From: Octopus vulgaris
Lineage: Eukaryota
DNA length: 64,000 nt
Reading direction: 5' to 3'
Assembly (NCBI GenBank): GCA_951406725.2
Contig: OX597842.1
Span: 31,744,001 to 31,808,000, forward strand
Both the position numbers and the translations under genes were made by a program. The notes beneath the pieces were generated by a model. It saw nothing but the letters and a program-made list of their open reading frames with translations, was not told the origin of the DNA and did not search any database. How positions within the stretch are numbered: position 1 is the first letter of the stretch; each line of letters starts with the position of its first letter. Shown here piece by piece: positions 43,185 through 57,399 of the stretch.

Positions 43185-43230
43185 CTTTTGAATGAAATTC
43201 TTCAGTTTTTAAGAGATATTCACGAAATTT
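43185..43230 (-). CDS. Macrodomain gene micro-exon (46 bp): KFREYLLKTEEFHSK
   Basis: ttttaacag|...|gtaaat; phase 0/1 joins exon 63840+ to exon 37987-38123 in frame. Confidence 0.78.
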
Positions 43231-43999
43231 CTGTTAAAACAAAAAAACAATCAGAATTATTTTTATGCTTAATTTTTTCATTTTTGCAAATAGAAGAGAT
43301 TTAATATAACAAAAGCATGACAAAATATTTGAAATATTTAATGGTTCATTTCTAATCAGTAACAAACAAGAGGGGAAAATTACTTTGTCATTCAGATCAA
43401 AGTTATTCTGTGTATGGCCTGCCTGTCTTCTGAGAGACATGAAACCTATGTCAATATGGTATTATAGTGAATGCAGCAGAAAAAACTCCCACACTTTACA
43501 TGGCCACTGATGTGATGTTAGTGAAGTTAAACATGTGGCAATGGTGTCTTCATGTAGCTGAAGTTGTATTGTTTCTTCTCTCCACTCACCATTCTGATTA
43601 AAACTGCTGAGTCTTGTGTTTGCTGTTGAAATGTCTATCAAGAATGTTGAAGTTGAGGTTATTTTTCTTGCATCTCATATGTCCAAAAACATTTCAGTAA
43701 CAAAACCAGAGTACAAGTGTTGTTGGGAATTAGTAATAATGGTATACCCTTCCCATGTGACCAATGGAATAACCTAGTCACTGTAAGTAAAGAGAAGTAC
43801 GTGAAGTACCAGAGTACACGGTAGGTGGTCAGAGGTAGTTGTGCCTTAATTAGTTTTGCTAAATATACTGTATCCCAAAATAGGCATTAAAACAATTCAA
43901 CATTTTAAGAATTATAACAGGATAAACCAATTCATGTGAGGTTAATAGAAACTTGAAGAGGAGTTAACAAACACACAAAAGTTTTAGCTGTGCGAATTT

Positions 44000-46665
44000 T
44001 AGAGTTGGCACCCACAATGTAGACACACTGAAAAGTAGGTCTAACTAGATTGTAGAGATACTTGAAAGGAGGCATGTTGAGATATGTTGCATTCAAGGGG
44101 TAAGGTGGAAAGGAGCTTCAGTCAGATTCCTCACAGGCAAGACTCGAGGGTATAAAATCTTCTGGGAAGGTAACAGTGATGGGGCAAGTGAGGTGGGCAT
44201 ACTTCTAGATAATAAATGGGTGAATAAGGTCATAGAGGTAGTTAGAATATGTGATAGAATACTTAAGTTCAGGCTGGTCTTACAGAATTGTATAGCTACA
44301 ATTATATTTGCCTACATCCCACAAGTGGGCCTACCAAATGTACAGATGGACCACTTTTGTGATATTCTTCTGCAGCCTACTTCAAAGATGAGTGACAAAG
44401 ATCTCGACTTCATGGCTGGGGGATTCAAATGGGCATGCCAGATGGCTGCCCAATAATTTCCATGGTGTACATGGGAACCATAGAATTGGTTCCTGAAATG
44501 AAAATGGAAAAAGGCTACTGAAGTTCTGTGATGCAAATAACCAACTGATTTGCAACACCAACTTCAGGAAGCCAATCAGCCACCTGATAACCTATCAGTC
44601 AGGTGTTTCTGCTAACCAGATTGATTACATCCTGACCAGACAGTGGGATGTATGGTTGCTCTTAAATGCAAAGACTTTCCCTGGTGAAGAATGTACCCCC
44701 CAGCATAGACTAATCAATAATGTCTTTAGACTCCAGGCCAGAAGGATGCCAAGAAGCGGACCAATCTGGATAAGAAGAATTTGGAAGCTTAAGGACCCCT
44801 CATATGGTCAGAGATTTAGGGACATCCAAACTGAGAAATCTGATGAGAGGGAGGAGGAGGAGCTACAGACTTGTGACATACAGGGCAACTAGGAATTCCT
44901 GTGAGACAGCTTGCTGAGTGCCACAGACCAAATCTGCAGCTGGTGCAAAGTCCCTTCCAGACTTAGGGTAACATAGTGGTGGAACGATGCAGTAGACAGG
45001 GCCATTAAAGCAAAGAAACAGGCCTGGAAGACCTGGAGGAGTGGGGATAGCAGGAAACTGTTTAAATTGCCTGAAGGGAAGCTAGGAAGCTAGGAGACAG
45101 GTATATCTAGCCAAGGGAGAAGCAGAAAAGAAGTTTGCCTCTGTTCAGTGATGTGAGGACCAAAGAACTGATGTGTTTCAGATTGTAAGACAGTGAGTGA
45201 GATAAAATTGTGATGTTATAGGAGAGAAATGTATGTGCATCGATGATGGTGCACTTGAGTTTAATGATTCTGCAAAGAAAGAGGCATGGAAATGCTATTA
45301 TGAAAGACTGCTGAATGTGGAGAATGAATGGGAGGAGGGGAGTCTATCCAAATTGACAGCACCTTGATAGATAATGCAATTAAGGGTTTGAAGACAGGGA
45401 AAGCCCCCACCCCATCAGGAATCACCGCTGAGATGCTTAAAATATCTGGTGGTGTGGGTTATAGTTGAGTCACACGTATTGTAAATCAGGTAGTTCATGA
45501 AGGAATCATACTCAATGACTGGTGTAGCAGCACCATAGTCAATAGCTACAAGGGTAAAGGTGATGATTTAGATAGAAATAATTACAGAGGTATCAAATAG
45601 TTGGATCAGGGGATGAGTCATGGAAAGGGCCGTAGCCCAACTACTTAGGGAGGGAATTAGTTTAGATGAAGTGCAGTTTGGTTTTGTGCCAGGCAGAAGC
45701 ACCACTGATGCTATATTTCTGGTAAGACAGTTGCAGGAGAAATATATAGCCAAAGATAAACCTCTGTACCTGGCTTTTTGTTGACATGGAGAAAGATTTT
45801 GACAGAATTCTCTGATCCGTTATCTGGTGGTCAATGCGGAAACTAGGGATAGATGAATGGTTGGTAAGAGTTGTACAAGCCCTGTACAGGGATGCTATCA
45901 GTAAGGTGAGGGTTGGTAACGAATACAGTGAATAATTCAGGGTGCTCAACCCCGCTTGTTCATCATAGTCCTCCAGGTATTAACGGAGGAATTCTAGACA
46001 GGCTTCCCCTGGGAGCTCTTCTATGCTCTCATAGTAGAATCACTACAAGAACTAGAGAAGAAGGTTCAGGTATGGAAGCAAGGTTTAGAATTGAAGAGCT
46101 TTAGAGTTGATCTAGCAAAAACCAAAGTCCTAGTAAGTAGGAAGGCAAACAAATCACAAATCCCTTCAGGTAGATCGCCTTATTTGATCTTTAAAAAAGG
46201 CATAAGCAGAAATTCCATAAGATGGACCTGGTGTAAGCTTCGGAAATATAAAAGATGCAGCAATGCCAGAGGAAGGTTAACAGGGAAAAATAGGTTTTGT
46301 GTGTGGAAGATGTACAGGTACAATAAACGCTGAAAGTGTGCAGAATTTAGGCTCCATCAACTAGGGGTATACCAGAGGTAGTAGATAGCTTCTGTTACCT
46401 GGGTGACCAAGTTAGTAGCGAAGATGGATACTCCAAGAGCATAACTGTGAGAAAAAGATTACGCTGGGCAAAGTTCAGAGAGTTTCTACCTCTTATGACA
46501 ACAAAGGGCATCTCCCTCAGAGTGAAAGGCAGATTGCATAATGCTTGTGTGTGAACAATTACACTACATGGCATTGAAACATGGGCTGTGATAGCCGAAG
46601 ACATGTGTAGAGTAGAAAGAAATGAAGCCAGTATGCTTCCATGCCAGTGTCAATGTGCATGTCCA
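44000..46665 (+). mobile_element. Decayed near-full-ORF RTE LINE
   Basis: APE (CCIQGVRW, QIDYIL) through RT and thumb with many stops; colinear with 25832-28100. Confidence 0.88.
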
Positions 46666-46789
46666 ACAGAGTAGGACAAATAAAGAAGCACTGTAGAATG
46701 CAGATGACAAAATGGTACAGCAAAGGAGAAAGAATAAATAGTATGCCATCAGAAGAAATTGGCAATATAACAATGAGGAAATTCATGAG

Positions 46790-48060
46790 GGTGAAAATCA
46801 GTTAAAATGCAGTTGGACATGGTCAGTGATATCACCATTATAAATGAAAAACCGTGGAAATATGTTGGTAAGCTGAAATTAATTAAATCAAAAAAGGCAG
46901 TACATGGTGTAACAGGAAAAAGATTATATTTTTTCTGTGAATTTGTATGTAATGTAACATTTCAAGGTCAAATGAAAAAGGCAAACAAAAAAGGCAAAAT
47001 TTGTGTTAAAAAGTTCAGTTAATTTATTCGGCACAGGGTGGATGGAATTATTCAAAGTATGGAATACACCCATAAGTGCTTTGTGAGGAAATATAGTTGG
47101 ACCAGTCAAAGGTTTGAATGTGGCTGAGGGACTGAAACAAAAAACTGCAGTAAAACAGAGTGGAACACTGGTATGTAAGCCAAAATGAAACAAAAAATTG
47201 CCGACAATAAAAACTAAACATTGGTCTATGGTGAAGACTGCACGCCGATTTTGCTGGTCCTTTAAATGGTTCTTACTACTTAGTGGTAGTTGATAGCTTC
47301 TCAAGATGGCCTGAAACTATAAAATGTAAAAAAAACCAACCCCCTCAACTGTGATATATTTTTTACACCCAGACAAGACAATGTCTAACAATGGAATGCA
47401 TTTTGTGTCTAGTGGATTATAAAAAATTTGTGAAACATTCACGGTAGAACATATAAAGTACAGTGCAAAACGCTTTGTCATCACCTTCAAGAGAACCCAA
47501 AGAAAGTTGAATAAGGAAGTTACAAATGAGGTAGCTCTACAACAATTTTTAAGAGTGTACTGTGTGACGCCAAATCCAAATACACCAGCCAGTAGCTCAC
47601 CAGTGGAGCTGATGTTTGCAAGGAAAGTTAAGTTAGTCTTTGATAAATTGCTCCCTGGCAAGAAAAGAAAAAGTGCCAGGGAAGACATAGCAAGACTCTT
47701 TAAAGTTGGTGAAAAGGTGTATATGAGGGCATACAAGAATGGAAAGCAGAGTTGGGAAGATGGCGTAATTACCAAATGAATAGGTAAAAATAATGTATTG
47801 GGTAAAAAGTAGAAAAGGCATACAAAAGAGACACAGGAACCTTCTGAAAAAGAGATTCGTGGAAAGTGAACCAAAGAAGTTGGAGGAGTTAATGGAATGG
47901 TTGTATGATACGTTCCAAGTACCAACACCACAGCAGGTGATTGAACCTAAGCATACAAGTGAGAGGAAAAGAATACAAGTGCCAAAAATATTAAATTGTA
48001 TGGAAAAAATTTTATGGACTGTGTGTCCATATGAGAGGTCCTCTCAAGGTAAATAAGGCA
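46790..48060 (+). mobile_element. Gypsy/Ty3 pol remnant (protease and integrase)
   Basis: MQLDMVSDITIIN (decayed protease); DFAGP..VVVDSFSRWPE; ALQQFLRVY..TP...SPVELMFARK. Confidence 0.78.
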
Positions 48061-48949
48061 GTATTTGGTGTTCTAACACAACATTCACATTTAGTTGGAT
48101 ATAAAGATTGCCTTTTGGTATTAATACTGCTTCTGTTGCTATTACTTTTAATTGCCTTAATTTAAGTTGTCTCAATGTATGGTACCTTCGGAAAGTCTCT
48201 TTAACTACAGCCTTAGGCCAAACAAAGCTCTGTGAGTAGGTCTGGTAGGCAGAAAATGAAATAAGCCTCCCCAATACACAATCAACCTAGACAACTCACA
48301 GGCACCGTCTACCTTGGTTTCCTTCATTCAATCGTTTCAGAAAAACAGTAGAATGATTATTTCTCTCTCCATCATTTTTTCCATATTCTTCACCAGTTTC
48401 ATGAACTAAAGTCCCTCTTTCAAGACATCACAAGATGGCAATGTGCTTCTATGAAAGTAGACTCTATTCAAAAACTAATATGCATTTTCATTCTCAAATG
48501 TTTCTTCTATTTCAATATTGGTTTACAAAGTGCTATCAAAAACTTTCCGGACTAATCATGTTCAATAAAAAATAACTTATTTGCCTATGTTTTAAAAATC
48601 ATTTTCTTTGAAATAGTTACCTCGCACAGCAATAAACTGCACAGCAGATCGAGGACCTTCAACAGTTTACTCTGAATCATGACAATGGTATTAAAATAGC
48701 AACCTTTGATTGCTTCTTCATTTGGGGAATAGATGGAAGTCAACAGGTGGTAAATAGGGTAGGGAGGAGAGCTTGATGGGATGCAATGTAGTCATGAAGA
48801 ATCCTTGTTTGGGCCCTTTATTAGCAGTGTCACCGTTCTTTGACTCACAGAATTGGAAATTCTCCTATTCTTCAGCCAGTCATGGTAGATATCTGCTGAA
48901 AGACCACCAAACAAGTGTGGCATATAAAGTAAAGACCATAGAGCAGACC

Positions 48950-50900
48950 ATCCAAATCAAGCAATTTGCACCTCCCCCACCTATGCAACCCATTATCACA
49001 TCCCATATTTTTGCAGCTGTTATCAACATTTTGTAAGGCTATGCCCCACTTACCAAGAGTTATGGTATGTCTGCAAGGTAAGCACTGAAATTCATCCTGC
49101 GTTCTGGACTGCCATTCATTCCAAACTGTTGGGTGAAGTGCTGTTGAAATGTCACACACCTCTGCTTGTGTTCGAATACCATGTACCCCATTTTGGTCCA
49201 CCAAAAACCAAATTGTGGCTTTGTTGCTAGTATTGGAGCTCTGCCACTGAGGTCCATTGGATGATTTTCATTCTGACTTGTCTCAGTGCAAGCATTTTAG
49301 CTCTGACAATGCAACTTTTGTGTTTAGCATTGAAGAAGTGACCCAGGGGCCAATCTCACAGCCAGTATGTCAGTTATGATACATTTTCTAATTGCCTTTT
49401 CTAAGTTTCTAATTTCCCTTCTATTTTATTTCTTTCTAACACTAATCTTTACTGGCAATTGATTTTACTCTAACTGGTCTTTTCAGTGCAAGCTACCATG
49501 TGTTGTCGATGATTGCCCCTGTCGATGATTAACTAATTCTTTAATCCAGTCTCTGTAAGGCTGACATGCCAACAGTGACACATTCAGCTCCCAGTAGCCG
49601 AGTTCCTGCCTTCTTAAGCCTATCTAGGTCAACTGTAGAAATCATACATACGTGGTCGATGTAGCCAATGATTTTTAAAAGTGGACAACTTACACTATCC
49701 TTATCTACTGACCTACAGAACATCCTGTCAAGATGCGATCTGAATGACCTGATGCGATTCATCCAAAATCCATACTGGCACTTTCAATAAACCCAGTCGG
49801 TACCTATCAGACAAATACAAACATGGAATGGACATGTTTAGAGGAGATTTTTGTTTTTTTGCTAAGAATAAAGTTCATGTTTTGGCAAATTCTGATGCTG
49901 TTGCTTTTGCTACTCCCTGGCATATTAAAGCCGTAGACGTTTGTGAGTTCTCTGTTCTGTTTGTTGCTGTTGTTCTTGTTGTCAGTGTTGCTGTGATTGC
50001 TGTTGCAGTTGCTTTTATATCCATAGTAGTCACTTGCATCTGCTGTTGTGGTTGTGGTGGTAGTGGTGATGGTGTTGGCAGAAGTGAGGGTCTCCCTTCT
50101 CTCATTTGTTGTGGGCAGAAAACCTTTAGATGATTTGTGTCCGCACATAGGTGACACATCGAATTTCTACCTTCGAAGGGTATGTGGAGTTTGGTGTCAT
50201 GTGGTAAATTTATGATGTCCAGAATTGTTTATTAAGTTTTGTAATCTATTTGCACCCACAACTCTAAGTCTTGCCCAACTTTCCACACATGTACGATGTT
50301 TGTTTGACCCTCAATGTCCAGAAGGACAACTGCCACCAACCAGCAAATGTTTATTTCTGGTGGTATGTCTGCAGTTTTTATTTTCACCACTCTCTAACCC
50401 AAGTATATGGGTAACAGAAGCAGGTTTCATTTTTTAGGTTCAAAGTGAAGTGCTTCCTTGCCTTCTCCTGTCAGAAAAATTTCACCTCTACGGTGCCATA
50501 TCTCTTCCCTCTTGCAACACAAGTTTGTTTGTGTCCTAAACTGGATGTAGACACTTTTCCATTTGATGTTGCATCATTCATTCTTATCGATGACTTTTAA
50601 CTCCTATTGTTTTATGGGCTTTTGTTTCTCCCAGTGTGTCCTGTACAATGGCTTCGAGAGCGTTAAGGGTTACCATTCTTCCATTTTTTAACTCATCAAT
50701 CCTTGCCTCATGAAGTGGAAGTAAGTAAAAGAAAATGTTCAGATAATCAACTCTTGTTTGTCCAACCTGGCATACATCTAATCCTCGTTTTGTACTGCTA
50801 ATTATAATTACTACAAGCAGAGGTACTTGGGGTTGCAAAGGGTTTGAATGCTTCGTCATTCTAAGAACACTTATTTTCTAGTCTAACAACTTGGGCTGCC
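48950..50900 (-). mobile_element. Heavily decayed LTR-retrotransposon gag-pol remnant
   Basis: GYIDHV...DRLKKAG (RT-like) near 49600-49680; Cys-rich knuckle-like remnant near 50260-50340. Confidence 0.4.
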
Positions 50901-51397
50901 AAAGCTTTTTTGAAAAATGTATAGAATTCCATACCAAAATGTACCAAAATTCACAAAAATGTACAAAATATTTTGAAATATGTCACAACTGCAAAGACAG
51001 AGAAAAATTCTGGTTTTTCTTTGGAAATTTGAAACATATGGGTATATAATGACTTGAAATTGATGAAAATACATATAAAAAAGAAAGACTATCGAATGGC
51101 ATGCTGTTCTTCATTCTCTGCAGCTCACGTGGCTGCAGTTGATGTAGCATCCCTATTACAAAGAATAATGTGCTGTGACTGACTCAGGTTTGTGTGTAAT
51201 GAAGCTGTTAATGCAGCATTTCTGATCAGGCAACTGCTACTCTGCCCCTCGCTTCCATGGCTCTCGCATTGGCTGTGTAGGCAGCATTTTGTGAATGTCT
51301 TAGTGCAGTCCCGTGTGAGGATTCATTTGCTCTCCTTCTCTTTAATGTCTCTGCTCTGACCAGTTTTGTGACCAATACGAGCTCTTTTCTAAGGTGG

Positions 51398-51683
51398 CAT
51401 TCATCATCATCATCATCATCATTTAGCATCCGCTTTCCATGGGTTGGACGGTTCGACTGGGGTCTGGGAAGCCAGAAAGCTGCACCAGGCCCAGTCTGAT
51501 CTGGCAATGTTTCTATGACTGGATGCCCTTCCTAACGCCAACCACGCCGAGAGTGTAGTGGGTGCTTTTTACATGCCACTGGCACGGGGGCCCAGACAAG
51601 GCTGGCAAACGGCCACGATCGGACGGTGCTTTTTACGTGCCACCGGCACAGAGGCCACTCAGGGTGGCGCTGGCAACGGCCAC
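51398..51683 (-). mobile_element. RTE 3'-UTR or SINE copy
   Basis: (cat)n tail on plus followed by the reverse complement of the RTE terminus. Confidence 0.85.
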
Positions 51684-53058
51684 TCGAAGGGCCTAAGAGT
51701 CAACCTAGCTAAAACCAAAGTTCTAAGAAGTAGGAAGTTAGACAAATCACAAACACCCTCAGGTAGATGGCCCTGCTCGATCTGTAGAAAAGGTGTAGGT
51801 AGAAACTCTATAAGATGCACCAAGTGTAAGCTATGGACACATAAGAGATGCAGCAATGTCTAAGGAAGGCTAACTAGGAAAATAGTTTTTGTATGTGGCA
51901 GATGCTCGGGAGTAATAAACACTGAAAATACGCAGAGACCATCTTCCGCCACATTCCAGAAATAGTTGATAGCTTCCGTTACCTAGGTGACCAAGTCAGC
52001 AGCGGGGGCGGGTGCGCTGAAAGTGTAACTGCTAGAGTAAGAATAGCCTGGGCAAAGTTCAGAGAGCTCTTACCTCTGCTGGTGACAAAAGGCCTCTCGC
52101 TCAGAGTAAAAGGCAGATTGTATGATGCATGTGTACGAACAGCTATGCTACATGGCAGTGAAACATGGGCCGTGACTACTGAGGATATGCGTAAGCTTGC
52201 AAGAAATGAAGCCAGTATGCTCCGATGGATGTGTAATGTCAGTGTTCATACTCAACAGAGTGTAAGTACTTTGAGAGAAAAGTTGGACCTAAGAAGCGTC
52301 AGTTGTGGTGTGCAAGAGAGACGTTTGCGCTGGTATGGTCATGTGGTGAGAATGGATGAAAATAGTTGTGTGAAAAAGTGCCACACCCCAGCGGTTGAGG
52401 GAACCTGTGGAAGAGGTAGACCCAGGAAAACCTGGGATGAGGTGATGAAGCACGACCTTCAAACTTTAGGTCTCACCGAGGAAATGATTTGAGACCGAGA
52501 CCTCTGGACGTATGCTGTGCGTGAGAAGACCCGGCAGGACAAGTGAGGCCATATCCTTCTTGGGACACAAAACTCCACTTGTGAAGACCTGTTGAGGCAA
52601 GTGAAAATCAAAATCAAAATCTATCAACATCAATGGAATTTGTAGCTGTGATACCAGTGCCGGTGGCACGTAAGAGAACTATCCGAACGCACCGTAGCCA
52701 GCGCCGCCCGACTGGCCTCCATGCCAGTGGCACGTAAAAAGCACCATCCGACCGTGGCCGTAGCCAGCTCCGTCTGGTCCCCGTGCCGGTGGCACGTAAA
52801 AAGCACCATCCGATCGTGGCCGTCTGCCAGCCCCGTCTGGCACCTGTGCCAGTGGCATGTAAAAAAGCACCCACTACACTCGCGGAGTGGTTGGTGTTAG
52901 GAAGGGCATCCAGCTGTAGAAACACTGCCAGAGCAGAATGGGCCTGGTGCAGCCTTCTTGCTTCCCAGACCTCAGTTGAACCGTCCAACCCATGCCAGCA
53001 TGGAAAGCAGACGTTAAATGATGATGATGACGATGATGATGATGACGATGATGATGAT
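51684..53058 (+). mobile_element. 5'-truncated RTE (PHD-like finger, thumb, full 3' UTR, (GAT)n tail)
   Basis: SKGLRVNLAKTKV...WPCSICRKGVGRNSIRCTKCKLWTHKRC; ORF 52082..52492; same subfamily as 1-1608. Confidence 0.9.
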
Positions 53059-53430
53059 CAATTGCGAAATGCAGATGCGGCAAAAAAATTAGAAGAATGA
53101 AAATAATGTTGTGGGAGGAACGTGCAGGTAGCATAAATACACTGAAGTCAATTTTTAGGCAGATGTGGTGAAACTGAATTTAAACACACTGTCTGAACGA
53201 AAATGAAAAAAAAATGACAAAATTTTCAGTGAGAATTACAAAAACTGTAACAAGAGAGATTTTTACACACAACCAACAGAAATACATAGAAGTGAATGTC
53301 TAGACAGAAGTTATAGTATGTCAGCTGAAAAGAGAGAGAAAGGAATAGGCATAGACTTAAAGAGAGGAGTTATTACAGAGGGGGAAAGTGAGAAAGACGA
53401 AGAGAAAAGACAAATCAGAGCAAGGGACAA

Positions 53431-53590
53431 GAGAATCAGATGGAAACTGCAGAAGTCAAAGGGAGACAATCAGATGGAAACTGCAGAAGTCAAAAAGGGA
53501 GACAATCAGATGGAAACTGCAGAAGTTAAAGGGAGAGAATCAGATGGAAACTGCAATAGTCAAAGGGAGATAATCAGTTGAAAATTGCAG
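53431..53590. repeat. ~4.5 copies of a 34-bp unit, probably within a non-autonomous Helitron/Helentron-like element (~53060-53780)
   Basis: aatcagatggaaactgcagaagtcaaagggagac at 53434, 53468, 53504, 53538 and 53572; downstream aatttggtgaaaatcgg...acacacagac...ttttatata end. Confidence 0.7.
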
Positions 53591-54399
53591 TTTTGAAAGA
53601 AAAAAAATATGTGAAATACATTTTTACCCCCGTTTCTCTCTTTACACGGGAGTTCTGGGCAAAATGTTATAGTGCATGACCATCCTTAGCGCATAATTAA
53701 TGTGTGTGTAGAATTTGGTGAAAATCGGTTGAAATGCATACTATCACACACACAGACATCCTTTGTTTTATATATGCATATATATATTCATACACTAGGA
53801 AAACGCCCCCCCCCGTCCAATGGACAGTGCTGAGTTGTCAAACATTTAAACTAAATCTTCTCAAAACAGCTTGTCTGACCGTCCCATACGCCTCCCATTT
53901 GAGAAACACTGATTTAACCTAAATTTGAGACACCAGCAAAAGAAGAAATGAAGATAGACTTTTTTTCTATTCCAAAGAAAAACGATTTTATTCACACAAA
54001 TATGAAACCGAAGATTTTAAATTACCAGTAACGATAAGGCTGTTGATTGGGAGAACACAAACATGGTTTAAACAGTAAGCTTGGCAGGAAAGAAACGTGC
54101 CTTTAAGCAGTACAAAAACAACAAAAATGGAAGGTGCAGTTATGTACAGTTTGACGGAAGAAAAGCAGGACAAAAACGATGCATGCAAATGGGTTAGCTG
54201 GAGGTAAATCCAGATGGAAAAGCATGATGAATTTATGAGAACGTACCCGGGACAATAATAAGTTTATCCGATAAAACATGTATGAAATCAGTTGGGGCGA
54301 TTTTTGATGAAAAGCAACAGCCTAAGGAACAAAGTAACTAATTTTAAGCTAACTTACTTTACGGGATGTTCAAGGGCATGGAAAAGCAAGTGGAGCGCA

Positions 54400-54830
54400 G
54401 CCTTGTAAACCACATTCCTTGTCACTCAGTCTGGAGCGTAGTAGAAAAGGTTTGTCAAATAGCCAACCCTCAAACAGCCCACGTTCAGTTGCCCATGCAA
54501 AAAGCAGGGAGTGCTGAGGTTCAACCCCACGATTTTCAATGACTGCCCCTGTACTTTGTTGACGGTCATTGCGAAGCTCAGGCGAATAGGAAATTGAATG
54601 CGTTTCAGAGGGTAACCACAGTCTGACGGAATCAATGGCATGTGAGAAATAAAAACAACATTCCCTGCTCCTGACCCATGATAACTTTTGCCTCGAGAAC
54701 TTCATCCAAAAGTTGGGTGAGAACCAACTGAGTGCCATTGCAAAGTCGTGGGGGTTGCAAGTTTCGGAGGAGAATAATGGGACTTCCAGCCTTGAGGCAG
54801 AGTTTATGGGGCGGCAAACCCGATGGTTCT
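54400..54830 (-). mobile_element. Helitron Pif1-type helicase fragment
   Basis: PPHKLCLKAGSPIILLRNLQPPRLCNGT and QFPIRLSFAMTVNKVQGQSL...HGQL; frameshifted. Confidence 0.88.
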
Positions 54831-55904
54831 TTTGTTTCTAAAATTGAAGTATTTCGACTACATTCACCTTGAAATAAAGCTCAAACAATCTTGATTGAAT
54901 ACAATAATGGTTTTCTTTTACTAAAAAACACACTTTTTTGGTTTAAAGCAGAAGAAAATAGTATTTTCTTCCTTGAATAAAAAGCAATCAGTGTTTTCTA
55001 TTCATTAAAAAATAATTAAGCATGCCTTTATTTCAATAAAATTTTTGGCTTTGTTAAACGAAGTTAAGGCAAAAAAACACTTCTTGAGAAACCAAATAGT
55101 CTTTCCTTCCTTCATGCCAAGTTTGAAGAAAATATCTCTTTCGCATCTTACTTTTTTGGTCTCTTAAATATACTGCATTTTGTGGCATTATTCCAAGCCT
55201 GCTGGCTTTTTTGCACAAACTGCACACGCATTTTTCTCGCGTACGTGTAGTATCGATCACAACAGCTGATGTACGTACTTGCATGTACAAATGCATGTTC
55301 CCACAGCTTTATCAATCGCATTCTCACCTGGAATCAATTTTTGTAATTTTTTTTCAAGACTTATACACTGATACTGTCGGTATCTACATATCAAATTTGA
55401 GTGCAATCGGATGGAGGATGCCCGGGATCCTAGAAGACACACACACACACAGACAGAACAGATTTTATATAATAGATTATTATTCTTTAATTTATCTGTT
55501 TACCTACACAGTTCCATTTATTCCATGCTGTATGTTTTGGCAAACTTAAGAAACCCTATTCTCTCTCACTTTATTGATCATTAGACTTATAATCATTGCT
55601 ATTCATTTATTTATCCACTTTGTCACAAAGTTTTGCTCACTCCATACTACATGTTATAGCTAGAGTTAAAATTAAGAATGCAAATGTTCAATTCTGTTTC
55701 ACTCCTTATAATTACTATTGTTATTCATTTAACTGTTTATTTAGAAGTACGTTATGGCAAAGTGAAGAAATCCAATTGTTCAATTCTGTTTACTGTTGCT
55801 CTAAATCTAAAAAATTCCATCTCTTCATTTGTTTTGTTTTGTTACCTACTATTTTATCTTAATGTTCCATAGTTTCCTTGACTGCAGCCCTAATTCTCAA
55901 AAAT

Positions 55905-57022
55905 AAAAAGAAATTTACCAATGTTCTGCGTTGTGAGGACCAGAGACTTGAAGTGTTTCAAATTACAAGACACTGTGTGTGAGAGAAAATTGCGATGTCA
56001 TAGGAGAGAAATGTTTCTGAATGGATGACTGTGCACTTGCATTTCATGATGCTGTGAAGAAAGAGACTCGGAGACGCCATTATGAAAGGTTGTTAAACGA
56101 AGAGAAAGAATAGAAGAAAGAGTTTCTGCAAAATGTTGACCCAACAGAGGGACCAGCTATCAGAATCAACAGTACCTAGGTAGATAAAACAATTAAGGGT
56201 ATGCAGACAGTAAAAGCCCATAGCCCATTAGGAATCACTGCTGAGATGCTTAAAATATCTAGCGTTGTCGGCTATAGTCTAGTCACCTGTATAATCAATC
56301 AGGTGACGCATGAAGGAGTCATATCCAATGACTGGTGTAGCATCACCATAGTTTACTGCTACAAAGGTAAAGGTGATGCATTAAATACAAATAATTACAA
56401 CGGTATCAAGTTGTTGGATCAGGTAATGAAAGTGATCAACAGGGTCATAGGCAAAGTAATTAGGGAGAGAGTTAGCCTAGATTAGATGCACTTAGGTTTT
56501 TTGATAAGACAGCTGCAGGAGAAATAACTAACCAAAGATAAACCACTGTACTTGGCTTTTGTTGACCTGGTAGAGTCAATGTGGAAACTAGGGATAGATG
56601 AGTGCTTGCTGAGGGCTGTACAAGCCATGTACAGGGATGCTGTCAGTAAGGTGAGGGTTGGCAAAGAATATAGCGAAGAATTCCAAGTAAAAGTAGGGGT
56701 TTAACAAGGATCAGTCCTCAGCCCCCTCTTGTTCATCATAGTCCTCTAGGCAATAACAGAGGAACTCAAAATAGACTGCCCCAAGGTGTCTTCTATGTTG
56801 ATGACCTTGCTCTAATACCCAACCTAGAGGAGAAATTTCAGGTATGGAAGCAAGGTCTAGTTAACCTGGCAAAAACCAAAGTCTTACTAAGTAGGATGGC
56901 AGACAAATTACAAATCTCTTCAGGTAGATGGCCCTGCTCTATCTGTAGAAAAGGCGGAGGTCGAAAACCCCATAAGATGTACCTGGTGTAATTTATGGAT
57001 ACATAAGAGGTGCAGCAATATC
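55905..57022 (+). mobile_element. Decayed RTE RT fragment with internal deletions
   Basis: GITAEMLK, YKGKGDAL and GIKLLDQVMK. Confidence 0.85.
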
Positions 57023-57399
57023 AATTTGAAGAAAACATGGTGTTTTCTTTGTGTTTTTTTTCTCTAATTCTCTGCCTATATAGCTTTAACTTCCAGCTTG
57101 CTTCCATTCTTCCCGTAACCCCTCTCACCCACTACCAGATGAACCAAGCCCCAAAATAGAAATAAAATAACAGCCCTAGTATTAAGCAGTATTAACACCC
57201 ATGCTGCCCTTCGGTAGATTGAAGTCCCTCAGCTCCTAAAACTAAAACTACTGTTAAAGTCTGCTGTGCTTCCCCCTGTACCTCTGCCTTGCAGCTCCCC
57301 ACCCCATTTTCTTTCTCTCTTTTACCAATCGCTGAATTACAGGAGGCAGGTGTCAGGCCCTCAATGTGTAAACTGGCAACCCCACAGAGCTTGCTTTGT

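Noticed and set aside
54400-54830. Host PIF1 helicase gene
   Set aside because: Frameshifted, intronless fragment lying inside an intron among Helitron-like ends; better explained as a Helitron remnant.
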